From a virus (taxonomy: Duplodnaviria; Heunggongvirae; Uroviricota; Caudoviricetes), in IMG/VR virus record IMGVR_UViG_3300031555_002904: a DNA stretch of 64,000 nucleotides. One strand, written 5' to 3'. Position numbers and translations under genes: made by a program. The notes below the pieces were generated by a model. It saw nothing but the letters and a program-made list of their open reading frames with translations, was not told where the DNA came from and searched no databases. Position 1 is the stretch's first letter, and each line of letters begins with the position of its first letter. Below, piece after piece: positions 40,335 through 49,450 of the stretch.

Positions 40335-40473
40335 ATTATACCAGAAAAATTTTCTTTTGTCAAGTCGTAGCGAAAAAATTTTCCCAACTTATATATAAAA
40401 TTTCTAACAATCGGATAAACCAATTCTGCCCTGGTGCACATCACTTGACAACGAAAAAATTTTTTGGTATAAT
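40335..40473. promoter_or_regulatory. Divergent sigma-A/70 promoter pair
   Basis: Minus TTGACA-17-TATAAT at 40363-40335; plus TTGACA-17-TATAAT at 40445-40473. Confidence 0.7.
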
Positions 40474-40509
40474 AATTATAAGAAAAAAGAAAGGAATAGA
40501 GTATAGACT

Positions 40510-40938
40510 ATGGGCATTGTTATAGCTATCCTCGCGGTGCTACTACTCGGAGCGGCCGCATTTATTTTTTGGTTATTAAAGGTACTAAAAAATACCTTTG
40601 TAGTTACGGAAAATCTAGTAAATATAGTACAAGGTAAACCTCCTCGCGCAATGAAAGAAGCTTATGATGGAAAATATTATCCAGCAACAGTAATCGCACA
40701 AGTTAAATTTGGTCAACCAAGCGAAGGTAAAGTTGTTGATTGGTCGCTATATGAAAAAAAGAAAATAATCGGATTTTTTATGCTTACAACAGATAAGCCG
40801 GAAGATTATTATGGAAAAGAATTTATTGAAAATTTGGAAGAAGAAGAATTAGAAGAGCTTCTCAAACCTGTAATAATCAAAAATGCATTAGTTTATGCAG
40901 TAAGGGAGGATGATTGGTTTTGGAAATCAGTGGAATAA
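40510..40938 (+). CDS. Hypothetical protein with N-terminal membrane anchor
   Basis: 142 aa, hydrophobic first ~25 residues. Confidence 0.7.
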   Translation: MGIVIAILAVLLLGAAAFIFWLLKVLKNTFVVTENLVNIVQGKPPRAMKEAYDGKYYPATVIAQVKFGQPSEGKVVDWSLYEKKKIIGFFMLTTDKPEDYYGKEFIENLEEEELEELLKPVIIKNALVYAVREDDWFWKSVE

Positions 40939-41141
40939 TTATTATAATACTGTGGACTGCAATGTCACTCTTGGTAATGATTGACTATGCACCATATTGT
41001 AAAGATTTAAAGCCAAGCGAACAATTAATTGTTGGTATCATTTTTATAATTGGTGGACCCATTTTTACCATTGCCAATGTCCTTGAAGCTATTCTTAATT
41101 ATTTCTTACCAGAAGGATGGGATGAAAATGGACCAGGTTAA
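40914..41141 (+). CDS. Small two-TM membrane protein
   Basis: 75 aa, two hydrophobic segments. Confidence 0.55.
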   Translation: MVLEISGIIIIILWTAMSLLVMIDYAPYCKDLKPSEQLIVGIIFIIGGPIFTIANVLEAILNYFLPEGWDENGPG

Positions 41142-41349
41142 AAAAGCATATATAGAAATTGGAGAATATTTTCCACATACAATAAAAGAAAAAGAATATC
41201 ATGTATATTGTTATCCTGAAGATATCTCTGAATGGGAACTCGCAGAAGAGATTATGAACCTCGTTGAGTTCTACGATGAACTGGTCTATCCGATCTACTG
41301 GCCGCCGCATATTAGAAAAGAAAAGGTGATTGCATGGATAAATGGATAA
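41128..41349 (+). CDS. Hypothetical protein
   Basis: MDQVKKAYIEIGEY...; overlaps neighbours in operon fashion. Confidence 0.55.
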   Translation: MDQVKKAYIEIGEYFPHTIKEKEYHVYCYPEDISEWELAEEIMNLVEFYDELVYPIYWPPHIRKEKVIAWING

Positions 41350-41642
41350 GTATTTTATTGACTGTAGAGCATATGTGGGAAGAGTCGCGTGAGCGCATGG
41401 TGGCCGCAGAATATCCAATGACAGAATAGTATCGCATTGATAGAGATTTTTACAAAGCACAGCGTATTTTTGATTTATATGGATATGAATGGTTCCGCCG
41501 ATTCATTGACCGGTGTCCGCACATCCATCATCTCTTAGATGATTATGTTCCTTGTAAAAAAATATCAGATGATTGTCAATGTACAATGTTTTGCCACAAA
41601 TATGATTTTGAAAAGGGGTGTATGTTAAATGCCACAAAGTAA
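41334..41642 (+). CDS. Cys-rich hypothetical protein, 102 aa (1 TAG; absent from ORF track)
   Basis: AAAGGTG SD; MDKWISILL...PMTE*YRID...CQCTMFC...TAA. Confidence 0.6.
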
Positions 41643-41859
41643 ATGGATTGATAATGCATAGTTAATTCCAGAGGGTAAAACTTATAAAATTGATAGTGCA
41701 AGTCGTATTGCATTACCTGCACATATTCGTGCAAAATTTGGTATTGCCCTTGGAGAAGATATGGATTATTATACTACTTTTGTTGATGGTAAGTGGTTTA
41801 TGTGTGTAACTCAACATATTCCAGTGCCAGGAGAAGAAGCTGAGGATGAAAAAAAATGA
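41629..41859 (+). CDS. AbrB/MazE-family DNA-binding protein, 76 aa (1 TAG; absent from ORF track)
   Basis: KIDSASRIALPAHIRAKFGIALGEDMDYY fits the swapped-hairpin pattern. Confidence 0.6.
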
Positions 41860-42431
41860 GAACTATTTATAAGTATAAACTTCCAAGAGATGGTCAAACA
41901 ATTACAATTGCAGAATATATCATTGAGGTTCTGTACATCGGCACGCAAGATGGATGGCCTACATTATGGGCGGTAGTGGATACTGATAAAGTCCAAGAGA
42001 CTGAAGTCGTGGCATGGGGTACTGGTTGGCCGTTACCTGATGATGTTTATTTTGAAACTGACTACTGGGGCACGGCAGAAGATGGCGCAGGATATGTTTG
42101 GCATTACTTTGCGGCGACCCGGTCTTCCGATCGTTGGACTGAGGACGCTACATTTAAGTATGTGAACCCGGCCGATAAAGTTGCAGCATTGGAAACTACT
42201 GCATAGCCATATAGTCCATACACAATTTCAATTAGCTGTGATGGTAATACAGCGATTGATAATTTAGTAAGTGATAAATTGGCTTATGATCCAACCATTT
42301 CCACTGCATGTACTGGAACAATCAGTACAGATACATATCATAATTATAAAGTTGATTTAGATAGAATCATTGGTATGGTCGAGAAGTACGTAGGAAGTAG
42401 TGATACGGTAACTAATGCGAGCATCCGATAA
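41856..42431 (+). CDS. Hypothetical protein, 191 aa (1 TAG)
   Basis: Frame stays open 74 codons after TAG 42204, to TAA just before a terminator. Confidence 0.65.
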
Positions 42432-42439
42432 AAAAAATT

Positions 42440-42474
42440 ACCGATAGGTCGAAATGGCCTATCGGTTTTATTTT
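42440..42474 (+). terminator. Intrinsic terminator
   Basis: ACCGATAGGTC-GAAAT-GGCCTATCGGT followed by TTTATTTT. Confidence 0.7.
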
Positions 42475-42837
42475 GCCCGTAATCCGAAATCTAAAATCGA
42501 TTCTGGGATTGTTATGCCCAGACAAAAACAATTTGACCAAATAAAAAAATTTTTTTCCCGAAATACACCCCCGGTTTATGTTTTCTATCTGAGGAAAAAC
42601 ACAAAGTCTATAGTCTGTGAAATTTCTGAGAAAACGCTGGTGAAGGCCTCCACCCCCACACAATCAGCGAGCCGCTGACAGGCGGCGAGGCCGTAGTTTG
42701 CATAAATAATCTGCTTACGAAAAAATTTTTGTGCAAAATGACGAAGAAAATAAATAAAAAAATTTCCCAAAACCTCTTGACAACTCGCTGTCTTTGTGCT
42801 ATAATACAGATACAAAGAAGAGAGAGAGGTACACAAA

Positions 42838-43026
42838 ATGTACGAATGGCAGGCAGAGATTGAAAGAGAACACAAGGCACAGAAGAAGAGATGGAATGGT
42901 AAGGTCATCACTACTGGTAGACAGTGGGCAGAGAACGCAGATGGTGCAAGAGAACCTGCCAATTACAGCTATGATAAAATCTGGGATGCAGTGAGAGATT
43001 ACCAAGACAGCAGACAGTGGAATTAA
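42838..43026 (+). CDS. Small early hypothetical protein
   Basis: Promoter, GAGAGG SD, 62 aa. Confidence 0.75.
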   Translation: MYEWQAEIEREHKAQKKRWNGKVITTGRQWAENADGAREPANYSYDKIWDAVRDYQDSRQWN

Positions 43027-43050
43027 TCCCCACAGAAAGGACACAAGACA

Positions 43051-43233
43051 ATGAAGACTTACGCAAGATACAAGTACACCACAGACTACACAGCCAAGCG
43101 CATTGGCGCAGGCTGGCACATCGTAGAGAGAGAGTATGTGCAATACTATCCTTCTGGCAGACACAATACATTGGTGATCAATGGTTGTGCAGTAAAGGCT
43201 TGCCACTGTGAGATAGTACAAGTCATTGAATAA
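43051..43233 (+). CDS. Small early hypothetical protein
   Basis: GAAAGG SD, 60 aa. Confidence 0.7.
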   Translation: MKTYARYKYTTDYTAKRIGAGWHIVEREYVQYYPSGRHNTLVINGCAVKACHCEIVQVIE

Positions 43234-43307
43234 ATAATAAAAAAAAGCTTGACAAATAATCACTCTTGTGCTATAATAAAGGTACAAAGAGAGAGGAGAG
43301 AAACACA

Positions 43308-43442
43308 ATGAATGCTTACTGGATGAATGAACTTGTTTACGAAGGAACTACTTGTCCCGCTTGGCTTGGCTGGACTTTGATTGGTCTGGTAGCGCTTTTT
43401 ATTATTGCCACAATTACTACAATTATTTTAGTAAATAAATAA
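43308..43442 (+). CDS. Small membrane peptide, 44 aa
   Basis: Own promoter, GAGGAG SD; MNAYWMNEL...WLGWTLIGLVALFIIATITTIILVNK. Confidence 0.65.
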   Translation: MNAYWMNELVYEGTTCPAWLGWTLIGLVALFIIATITTIILVNK

Positions 43443-43510
43443 AAAAAATGCTTGACAAATAAATCTTTGTGTGTTATAATAAAGACACAAAGAGAGAGAG
43501 GTAAGACACA

Positions 43511-43819
43511 ATGATCAATGTAAGAACAATCAAGAAGCTCGCTAACAATGAAGGCTTGACCATTAAGGCAGGCAAAGTCATCACATACAAGAGCGGCTGG
43601 CAGGTCGCTGACTATGGTGTAGAAGCACACACAGCAGAAGAGTGCATCAAGGCAGTGCGTATGATGAAGGGCAACTGCGGTGTATGGTACAGTGATGGCG
43701 TGTACTACATCGACCACAGCTACCGAGTAAACACCAAGAGAGAGGCAATGTCCATTGGTAGAGCACACAATCAGATAAGCGTCCTTTGCTGGAAGACTAT
43801 GGGCTTAGCGTACTGCTAA
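43511..43819 (+). CDS. Early hypothetical protein, possible SAM-lyase-like fold
   Basis: Own promoter and SD; GVWYSDGVYYIDHS...AMSIGRAHNQISVL. Confidence 0.7.
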   Translation: MINVRTIKKLANNEGLTIKAGKVITYKSGWQVADYGVEAHTAEECIKAVRMMKGNCGVWYSDGVYYIDHSYRVNTKREAMSIGRAHNQISVLCWKTMGLAYC

Positions 43820-43979
43820 GCCTTTTTGCTACGCGCGCCCACGGATCTGGCGCGCGTTATTTGCGCTAAATAAAACCTACAGAAAAATAAAATTCTGCAA
43901 AATAATTTATAAAAAGGTATTGACAAATCCCGAAACCTGTGCTATAATACAGATACAAACAAGAAAGGAATTGATTACC

Positions 43980-44180
43980 ATGAAAGAACAGATTAGAGAA
44001 CTCCTCGCCCACCATCCCAACGGACTTCGCCTGCGTGAGATTGCGATGTACCTGCAGGTCAATCGCTTCTCCCTCATCAACCTGCTTGATGAGTTGAAAA
44101 AGGCGGGTGTCATCACTGGTATCGGAGTGAATAACTTCGTACAGGGTGAGAGTTACATCCTCTGGAAACTGGCAAAATAA
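43980..44180 (+). CDS. Small winged-helix DNA-binding protein
   Basis: MKEQIRELLAHHPNGLRLREIAMYLQVNRFSLINLLDELKKAGVI. Confidence 0.7.
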   Translation: MKEQIRELLAHHPNGLRLREIAMYLQVNRFSLINLLDELKKAGVITGIGVNNFVQGESYILWKLAK

Positions 44181-44255
44181 ATTGCCAGTTTCCAAAAAGA
44201 ACTCTTGACAAAATAAAACATCTGTGATACAATTAAGGTACAAAAAGGAAAGGAA

Positions 44256-44444
44256 ATGAATACCATGTACAAGACTTTACAGAACATTTACAAGCAACTG
44301 CGTGAGCAACGCACCGCAATCTACTGCACGGACAATGATGACAATGCCGAGTATGTAGCAAACCACTTCCGCAAAGAGAAGTATAAAGTCGAAGTAAAGA
44401 ACAACTGCTGTGTGACCATCTCCAAAAGATGGTGGATGAAATAA
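44256..44444 (+). CDS. Small early hypothetical protein
   Basis: Own promoter, AAAGGA SD. Confidence 0.7.
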   Translation: MNTMYKTLQNIYKQLREQRTAIYCTDNDDNAEYVANHFRKEKYKVEVKNNCCVTISKRWWMK

Positions 44445-44457
44445 GGGGGTAAATAAA

Positions 44458-44766
44458 ATGACTACTATGAAAATGAGCTACCACGCAAGAGTTGAGCGAC
44501 TGGACCGACTGGTTGCTTGCATGACCCACATCGGCTACAATGAGTTTGCCTACGAAATCCCCGACCCTCGGTCTCCCAGCCACATCTACACCATCACCGA
44601 CACTGGCATTATTCTTGTGCGGGGGGCAGATGATGGAACAGTGGTAACTGGCTACATGGCTACCATCAAGAAGCTGACCGCAATCTTCAACGGCAATGTT
44701 CCTACTGGTCTGAAAAAGGTTGTTGTCCGCAACGAAAAGAAATACGCATTTCTTCTGAAAATGTAA
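44458..44766 (+). CDS. Early hypothetical protein
   Basis: 102 aa, AGGGGG SD. Confidence 0.7.
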   Translation: MTTMKMSYHARVERLDRLVACMTHIGYNEFAYEIPDPRSPSHIYTITDTGIILVRGADDGTVVTGYMATIKKLTAIFNGNVPTGLKKVVVRNEKKYAFLLKM

Positions 44767-44836
44767 AAAATGGGGGTTGACAAAACCCCCAACCCATGTT
44801 ATAATTAAGGTACAAAAAAGAAAGAGGTACAGAGCA

Positions 44837-45019
44837 ATGACTGAATTTGAAATCATTAAGAAAGCACTGGCAAGAGTAAGAGCAGATGTAGAAATCTACG
44901 ATTTCCCCACATCCAAAAGCATTCACATCCCTGTCGATACTCTGCTTGACCCCAACGCAGAACTGGAACTGGAATTTGATGGCGAAGGCAAGCTGATAAA
45001 TACTTTTGTTTGGGACTAA
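44837..45019 (+). CDS. Small early hypothetical protein
   Basis: Own promoter, AGAGG SD, MTEFEIIKKAL. Confidence 0.7.
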   Translation: MTEFEIIKKALARVRADVEIYDFPTSKSIHIPVDTLLDPNAELELEFDGEGKLINTFVWD

Positions 45020-45086
45020 AAAAGTCCTTGACAAATAGTAAATGTTGTGGTATAATACAAGTACAAAGAACAAGGAGTGATTGAAA

Positions 45087-45239
45087 ATGGCTAAGAAGAA
45101 TAAGAAAGTCGACCGCAGAGCCTTCAAGAAAACTGGTGAAGAATTACAGCAATGGCTTATCTTCACTCGCAGAGGTAGCAAAGTCGAAAGCGGTAAGAAG
45201 TACAACCGCCAAAAGTTCAAGAGAGGTGATAAAGAATGA
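45087..45239 (+). CDS. Small highly basic protein, 50 aa (absent from ORF track)
   Basis: Own promoter, AAGGAG SD; MAKKNKKVDRRAFKKTGEELQQWLIFTRRGSKVESGKKYNRQKFKRGDKE. Confidence 0.7.
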   Translation: MAKKNKKVDRRAFKKTGEELQQWLIFTRRGSKVESGKKYNRQKFKRGDKE

Positions 45240-45514
45240 TGAATGAAGTCCGCTATGCAGACCTACTGGATAAACTGGGAGAAATGAGCCAAGCCCAGTT
45301 GGCAGGTCTGCTAACCGCCACAGAAGACCGAATGACAGAACGGCTCGACCGCTTCAAGTATCTGTGCGGACAGGTCAAGATGTATCTCGATGTAATTTTC
45401 GAAGAGTTCCCCAACTCTAAACTGCCATTGACCAAAACCACCGCAGGCGAAATTGATTTAATGGACTACATCGTGCCAAGCGATTTCGTAGAAAAATGTG
45501 AAATTGGGGATTGA
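45236..45514 (+). CDS. Early hypothetical protein
   Basis: ATGA overlap with previous gene; stop TGA lies in the next -35 box. Confidence 0.7.
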   Translation: MMNEVRYADLLDKLGEMSQAQLAGLLTATEDRMTERLDRFKYLCGQVKMYLDVIFEEFPNSKLPLTKTTAGEIDLMDYIVPSDFVEKCEIGD

Positions 45515-45570
45515 CAAATCCCCAATTCTATGCTATAATCAAGGTACAAAAACGAAAGGAAATGATGAAG

Positions 45571-45867
45571 ATGAAAGCAACTGGTATCATTCGTAGAGTG
45601 GATGACCTCGGCAGAGTGGTTATCCCCAAGGAAATCCGCAGAACTCTGAAAATCAAAGAGGGCGACCCCCTTGAGATTTATACCGAAAGGGATGCGGTTG
45701 TGTTCAAGAAGTACGGGGTTGACCTCGTTGGTGAGGCTAACTCCCTTTTGGAGAATGTGGTCTGCTATCTCGACGCAGACGCACCCTGCCGTGATGAAGT
45801 GCGGATGGCACTTGAACGGGTAGTTCTCCTGCTGAAGAAACAGAAGAAGGAGGAAGAACAATGGTGA
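45571..45867 (+). CDS. AbrB/SpoVT-family transcription regulator
   Basis: MKATGIIRRVDDLGRVVIPKEIRRTLKIKEGDPLEIY closely resembles the SpoVT/AbrB N-terminal domain. Confidence 0.9.
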   Translation: MKATGIIRRVDDLGRVVIPKEIRRTLKIKEGDPLEIYTERDAVVFKKYGVDLVGEANSLLENVVCYLDADAPCRDEVRMALERVVLLLKKQKKEEEQW

Positions 45868-46097
45868 AGATACTCGACCAGCGCCAAGAGCGCGGTATCC
45901 GCTTCAGCGAGATAAGTAAGGGGCAGACCTTTTGGTCTCCTACTTACCTCTGCTTCATGCTGAAAATTGAAGAGTGCGGTTGCGATGAGTGCGACGGCTT
46001 TGTAAATGCGGTCAGCCTGTCCGAGGGCAGTATCTACGGCATTGAGCCGACCGAAATCGTTGAGCCGTGTCACGCAGAAATCAAAATCTTCAACTGA
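45861..46097 (+). CDS. Small early hypothetical protein
   Basis: AGGAGG SD; followed by terminator hairpin 46096-46122. Confidence 0.7.
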   Translation: MVKILDQRQERGIRFSEISKGQTFWSPTYLCFMLKIEECGCDECDGFVNAVSLSEGSIYGIEPTEIVEPCHAEIKIFN

Positions 46098-46295
46098 GCG
46101 AGGGGTCAAACCCTCGCTTTTTCTATTGAATTTTCGGCCGCGCGCCCACGATTGTCATGGGCGCGAATTTCCATTATACCACAGCCCCAGCAATTTGTCA
46201 ATAGGCAATTTCAACAAAATAATCATCCCACAAAATCCCGAATTTGTGCAACATTACCAGTTGACTTTGTGTGCGGTCTGTGGTATACTATCATT

Positions 46296-46812
46296 GTCAA
46301 GAGGGAACGCAAACTGTGGCGCGAATGTAGCGCCCGATTCAGGAGAAGCGGTACCGACAATAACAGAGCGAAAAAAGTTGAAAAAATTTCAATTTCCCTC
46401 TTGACAAATCACCCAAGTTGTGATACAATAAGGGTGTCAAGGGGGAGGGAAACCCCAATCGAGTATCCTCCCCAGTAGCTCCCTCGCGAAAAGGTGAGAA
46501 AAAGTTGGGAAAACCCCTTGACAAATCCCTTAGAGTGTGATACAATAAGGGTACAAAAGGCGAGGGTAAGGCAACCGCGAAGATGGCGGATTCCCACGAG
46601 AGTATGTAAGACCATTACCCGATGACCCGACCGCAAGGTGTTCCTGTTTGCGGTATACAAATGTGAACCAGACCCCACAGGCTGAAAAAATGTTGGGGAT
46701 ACGCAGGATACAAAAGCCACCACCCCTACTGCGGGAGAAGGAAAACTACCCCGGAAAACCACGAGGTTCTCGCCAAGTATCTTCTCGGAAAAATATAAGA
46801 CTTGGCAAAAAA
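46296..46812 (+). ncRNA. Cluster A: three promoter-driven ORF-less RNA units
   Basis: Promoters at 46261, 46401, 46518 with no SD-ATG gene; third unit ends in hairpin GCCAAGT...ACTTGGC. Confidence 0.5.
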
Positions 46813-46873
46813 AATGCTTGACAAACAAATCAAGTTGTGCTATAATTAGAGCATCAAAGGAAGCCGAAAGGAA

Positions 46874-47491
46874 ATGATTGAAATGGTACACGCAATTCAC
46901 CCCACCCCCACCCTCACAATGCAGGACTACCGCAATGGAAATGACCTTGTTGGTGCATACAAGAGATACCAGTCAGCCACTAAGAATTGGCAAGGTCGTT
47001 GGTGGAAAGTAGTCGAGGACATTTTCAATGCCTGCACCGCCTGGGCAAAATACTTCATCCTTGACCCCATCAAGCGAGAGCTGAAAAAGTTGGGCAGAGG
47101 TCGCATCCCAAATCCTGCCACTCTTGTCAATCACAATCTGATTTTTAATGTTCCGGCAGAGGGTTGCGGTGCTTACATCGTTCAGCATTTCAACAAGAAA
47201 GGCAAGCACCTGTGGATTAAATGCGGAAAGGCTGACGATGCAATCCGCAGACTAAATCAGCATTTCACAGTTGACTACGCAAACGAAGCTGACAGCGGTG
47301 TGGTGCTTGGTTGGTATCCCTGCAAAAATAAAAATCACGCACTCGCTATGGAAGATGTTATCCGTGACCACTTCGAGAAAAAAGGTCTGACCCTCTTGGG
47401 CAATGACCGCTTCCCCGAACTGCGAGAAATCACCGCAGAAGATGTGGCAGAACTCAACCGCAAGGCTGAAATTTTGGCAACGATTTTCTAA
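46874..47491 (+). CDS. GIY-YIG/T5orf172-like domain protein
   Basis: GAYIV...IKCGKADDAIRRLNQH...ALAMEDVIRDHF...GNDRF. Confidence 0.6.
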   Translation: MIEMVHAIHPTPTLTMQDYRNGNDLVGAYKRYQSATKNWQGRWWKVVEDIFNACTAWAKYFILDPIKRELKKLGRGRIPNPATLVNHNLIFNVPAEGCGAYIVQHFNKKGKHLWIKCGKADDAIRRLNQHFTVDYANEADSGVVLGWYPCKNKNHALAMEDVIRDHFEKKGLTLLGNDRFPELREITAEDVAELNRKAEILATIF

Positions 47492-47560
47492 AAATAAGGC
47501 TTGACAAACTCCCAAATCTATGATACAATAACAGTACCAAAAGGAAAGGAACTGAATACT

Positions 47561-47968
47561 ATGGACAGCTTACAAACTATTCTCTACAATGTTTCCGCAG
47601 GTGTGGAACTCTCTCCCTCGCAGGTGCGTGAACTCTCCGCACTGGTTTCCCTCGGCTTCAACACAAGAGGTCGCATCGACAGAGACTACGAACTGCGCTC
47701 CGACATTCTCGCAACAATGCCCCTCGGTGTGCCTCTGCGTGTAAAGGAAATCCAAGCACGCAACGGCAAAGTTGACGACTACTCGGTGCAGAAAGTCGCC
47801 GCCGCACTCAAGGCTCTGGTGTGGGCTGGTGTGGTCGAACGGCAGAAAACCGATGAAGTCGAAAAGGTTACCATTCAGCGGTGGGTTGGTTGGAAGAGGG
47901 GCGTTTCCTCTCCTTACAAGGACGAAGAAATCCTCGTTCCCATCATCAAGTTTGTGCGGATTATCTGA
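47561..47968 (+). CDS. Winged-helix-like DNA-binding protein
   Basis: PLRVKEIQ...YSVQKVAAALKALVWAGVVER, similar to C-termini of 51612 and 55432 proteins. Confidence 0.6.
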   Translation: MDSLQTILYNVSAGVELSPSQVRELSALVSLGFNTRGRIDRDYELRSDILATMPLGVPLRVKEIQARNGKVDDYSVQKVAAALKALVWAGVVERQKTDEVEKVTIQRWVGWKRGVSSPYKDEEILVPIIKFVRII

Positions 47969-48026
47969 AAATGGGGGTTGACAAAACCCCCACAATCTGC
48001 TATAATAATGCCAAGAGGTGAGAACA

Positions 48027-48257
48027 ATGAAAACAGCGGCTCAAATCGCCCAAGAGTGGCAAGCGCAGTTGAGAGACCCGCGCATTCGTTGCCCTAACTG
48101 CGGAAGTAGCGCCCAAGCGGAACTGGTATACCTGGACTCAACAAGCAACCACAAAGACAAAACAGACGAATACATTTGCGGGTGCGGGTGTCGGTTTTCG
48201 GCACGCTTTGCACTCATTCAAACCGACATACTGGAAATCGAAGCGCCCTATCATTAG
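48027..48257 (+). CDS. Small Zn-ribbon protein ending at TAG
   Basis: CPNCG...CGCGC; TAG lies inside terminator-like hairpin GCGCCCTA/TAGGGCGC. Confidence 0.7.
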   Translation: MKTAAQIAQEWQAQLRDPRIRCPNCGSSAQAELVYLDSTSNHKDKTDEYICGCGCRFSARFALIQTDILEIEAPYH

Positions 48258-48432
48258 GGCGCAATTTTCAGCTCAAAATTCGGCGGCGCGCTATCGGTCC
48301 TGGCGCGCCGATTTTCGTCAGAATAACCAACCCCAGGATTTATTTTGGGGAATAATTTGTGCAAATTGATTATTGACAAATCCCATAATGCGTGTTATAA
48401 TTAAGACACAAAGAACAAAGGAGATGCAAACT

Positions 48433-48588
48433 ATGTGGATTTTCGCAGTAATTAGTGCCATTCTTGGCTTAGGATGCATTAGCTATAATCAAGAGAATAA
48501 TGTCAAGCACAACATTCTGCTTGGCTTCGTTGGCTACACCCTTGCGGTGCTTGTACCAGTTGCAATAATTGGCGGATTTTATTTCTAA
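48433..48588 (+). CDS. Small two-TM membrane protein
   Basis: Own promoter, AAAGGAG SD, 51 aa hydrophobic. Confidence 0.65.
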   Translation: MWIFAVISAILGLGCISYNQENNVKHNILLGFVGYTLAVLVPVAIIGGFYF

Positions 48589-48646
48589 AAACCCCTTGAC
48601 AAATAGTAAATGATGTGCTATAATTAAGGTACAAAAAGGAAAGGAA

Positions 48647-49105
48647 ATGAAAACTATGAAGACTATGAACATCACCATCAACTTCGATATGGACGGAACA
48701 ATCGCTGACCTGTACGCAAACCCCAACTGGTTGCCCCTGCTCCGAGCCTACGACCCCACTCCCTACGCAACGGCAAAGCCTCTGCTCCGCTTGTGCGACC
48801 TCGCCCGCAAGCTGAATACTCTCCAGAGAAACGGCTACCGCATTGCGGTAATCAGCTGGCTCAGCAAGGAAAGCACTGCCGAGTATGATGAAGCCGTTAC
48901 CAATGCAAAACTGGAATGGCTTGCAAAGCACCTGCCGAGCGTCAACTGGGACGAAATCACAATCGTTCCCTATGGCACTCCGAAAGAAAATTTCTGCCAC
49001 AACCCCCTTGACATTCTGTTTGACGATGAAGAACGCAACAGAAACAACTGGACGGGCAGAGCCTATGGAGTTGAAAACATCTTGGAAATTCTCAGAGAAA
49101 TCTGA
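48647..49105 (+). CDS. HAD-family phosphatase, 5'(3')-deoxyribonucleotidase-like
   Basis: FDMDGTIADL motif I, K, ILFDD motif IV. Confidence 0.8.
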   Translation: MKTMKTMNITINFDMDGTIADLYANPNWLPLLRAYDPTPYATAKPLLRLCDLARKLNTLQRNGYRIAVISWLSKESTAEYDEAVTNAKLEWLAKHLPSVNWDEITIVPYGTPKENFCHNPLDILFDDEERNRNNWTGRAYGVENILEILREI

Positions 49106-49285
49106 GAATTTTTTTTGTGCATTTTGCCTATTGACTTTTGAGCCGAGCGCGCACGGCCCACGCGCTCGGAATTTGGCATAATAAACAACCCAGGCAATTA
49201 TTTTAGGCAAAACTTTGTGCAATATTCACAATTGACATTTCCCGCAATGTGTGATAGAATACTATCAGAAAGTGAGGCGAGAAGA

Positions 49286-49450
49286 ATGCTGAAACGAGGA
49301 ACTAAGTTCCGCATTGCCCCTTACGGTGTGTGCGTGGTGTCCAGTTACGATGATACCAGCGGTAAATACATTATGAGGGTGTGGAACTCAAGCGAAACTT
49401 TTTACGCAAGTGCGGAAGAAATTGAAAAAAAGTGCTTGACAAACCGTTAA
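49286..49450 (+). CDS. Small early hypothetical protein
   Basis: Own promoter, GTGAGG SD, MLKRGTKFRIAPYG. Confidence 0.6.
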   Translation: MLKRGTKFRIAPYGVCVVSSYDDTSGKYIMRVWNSSETFYASAEEIEKKCLTNR

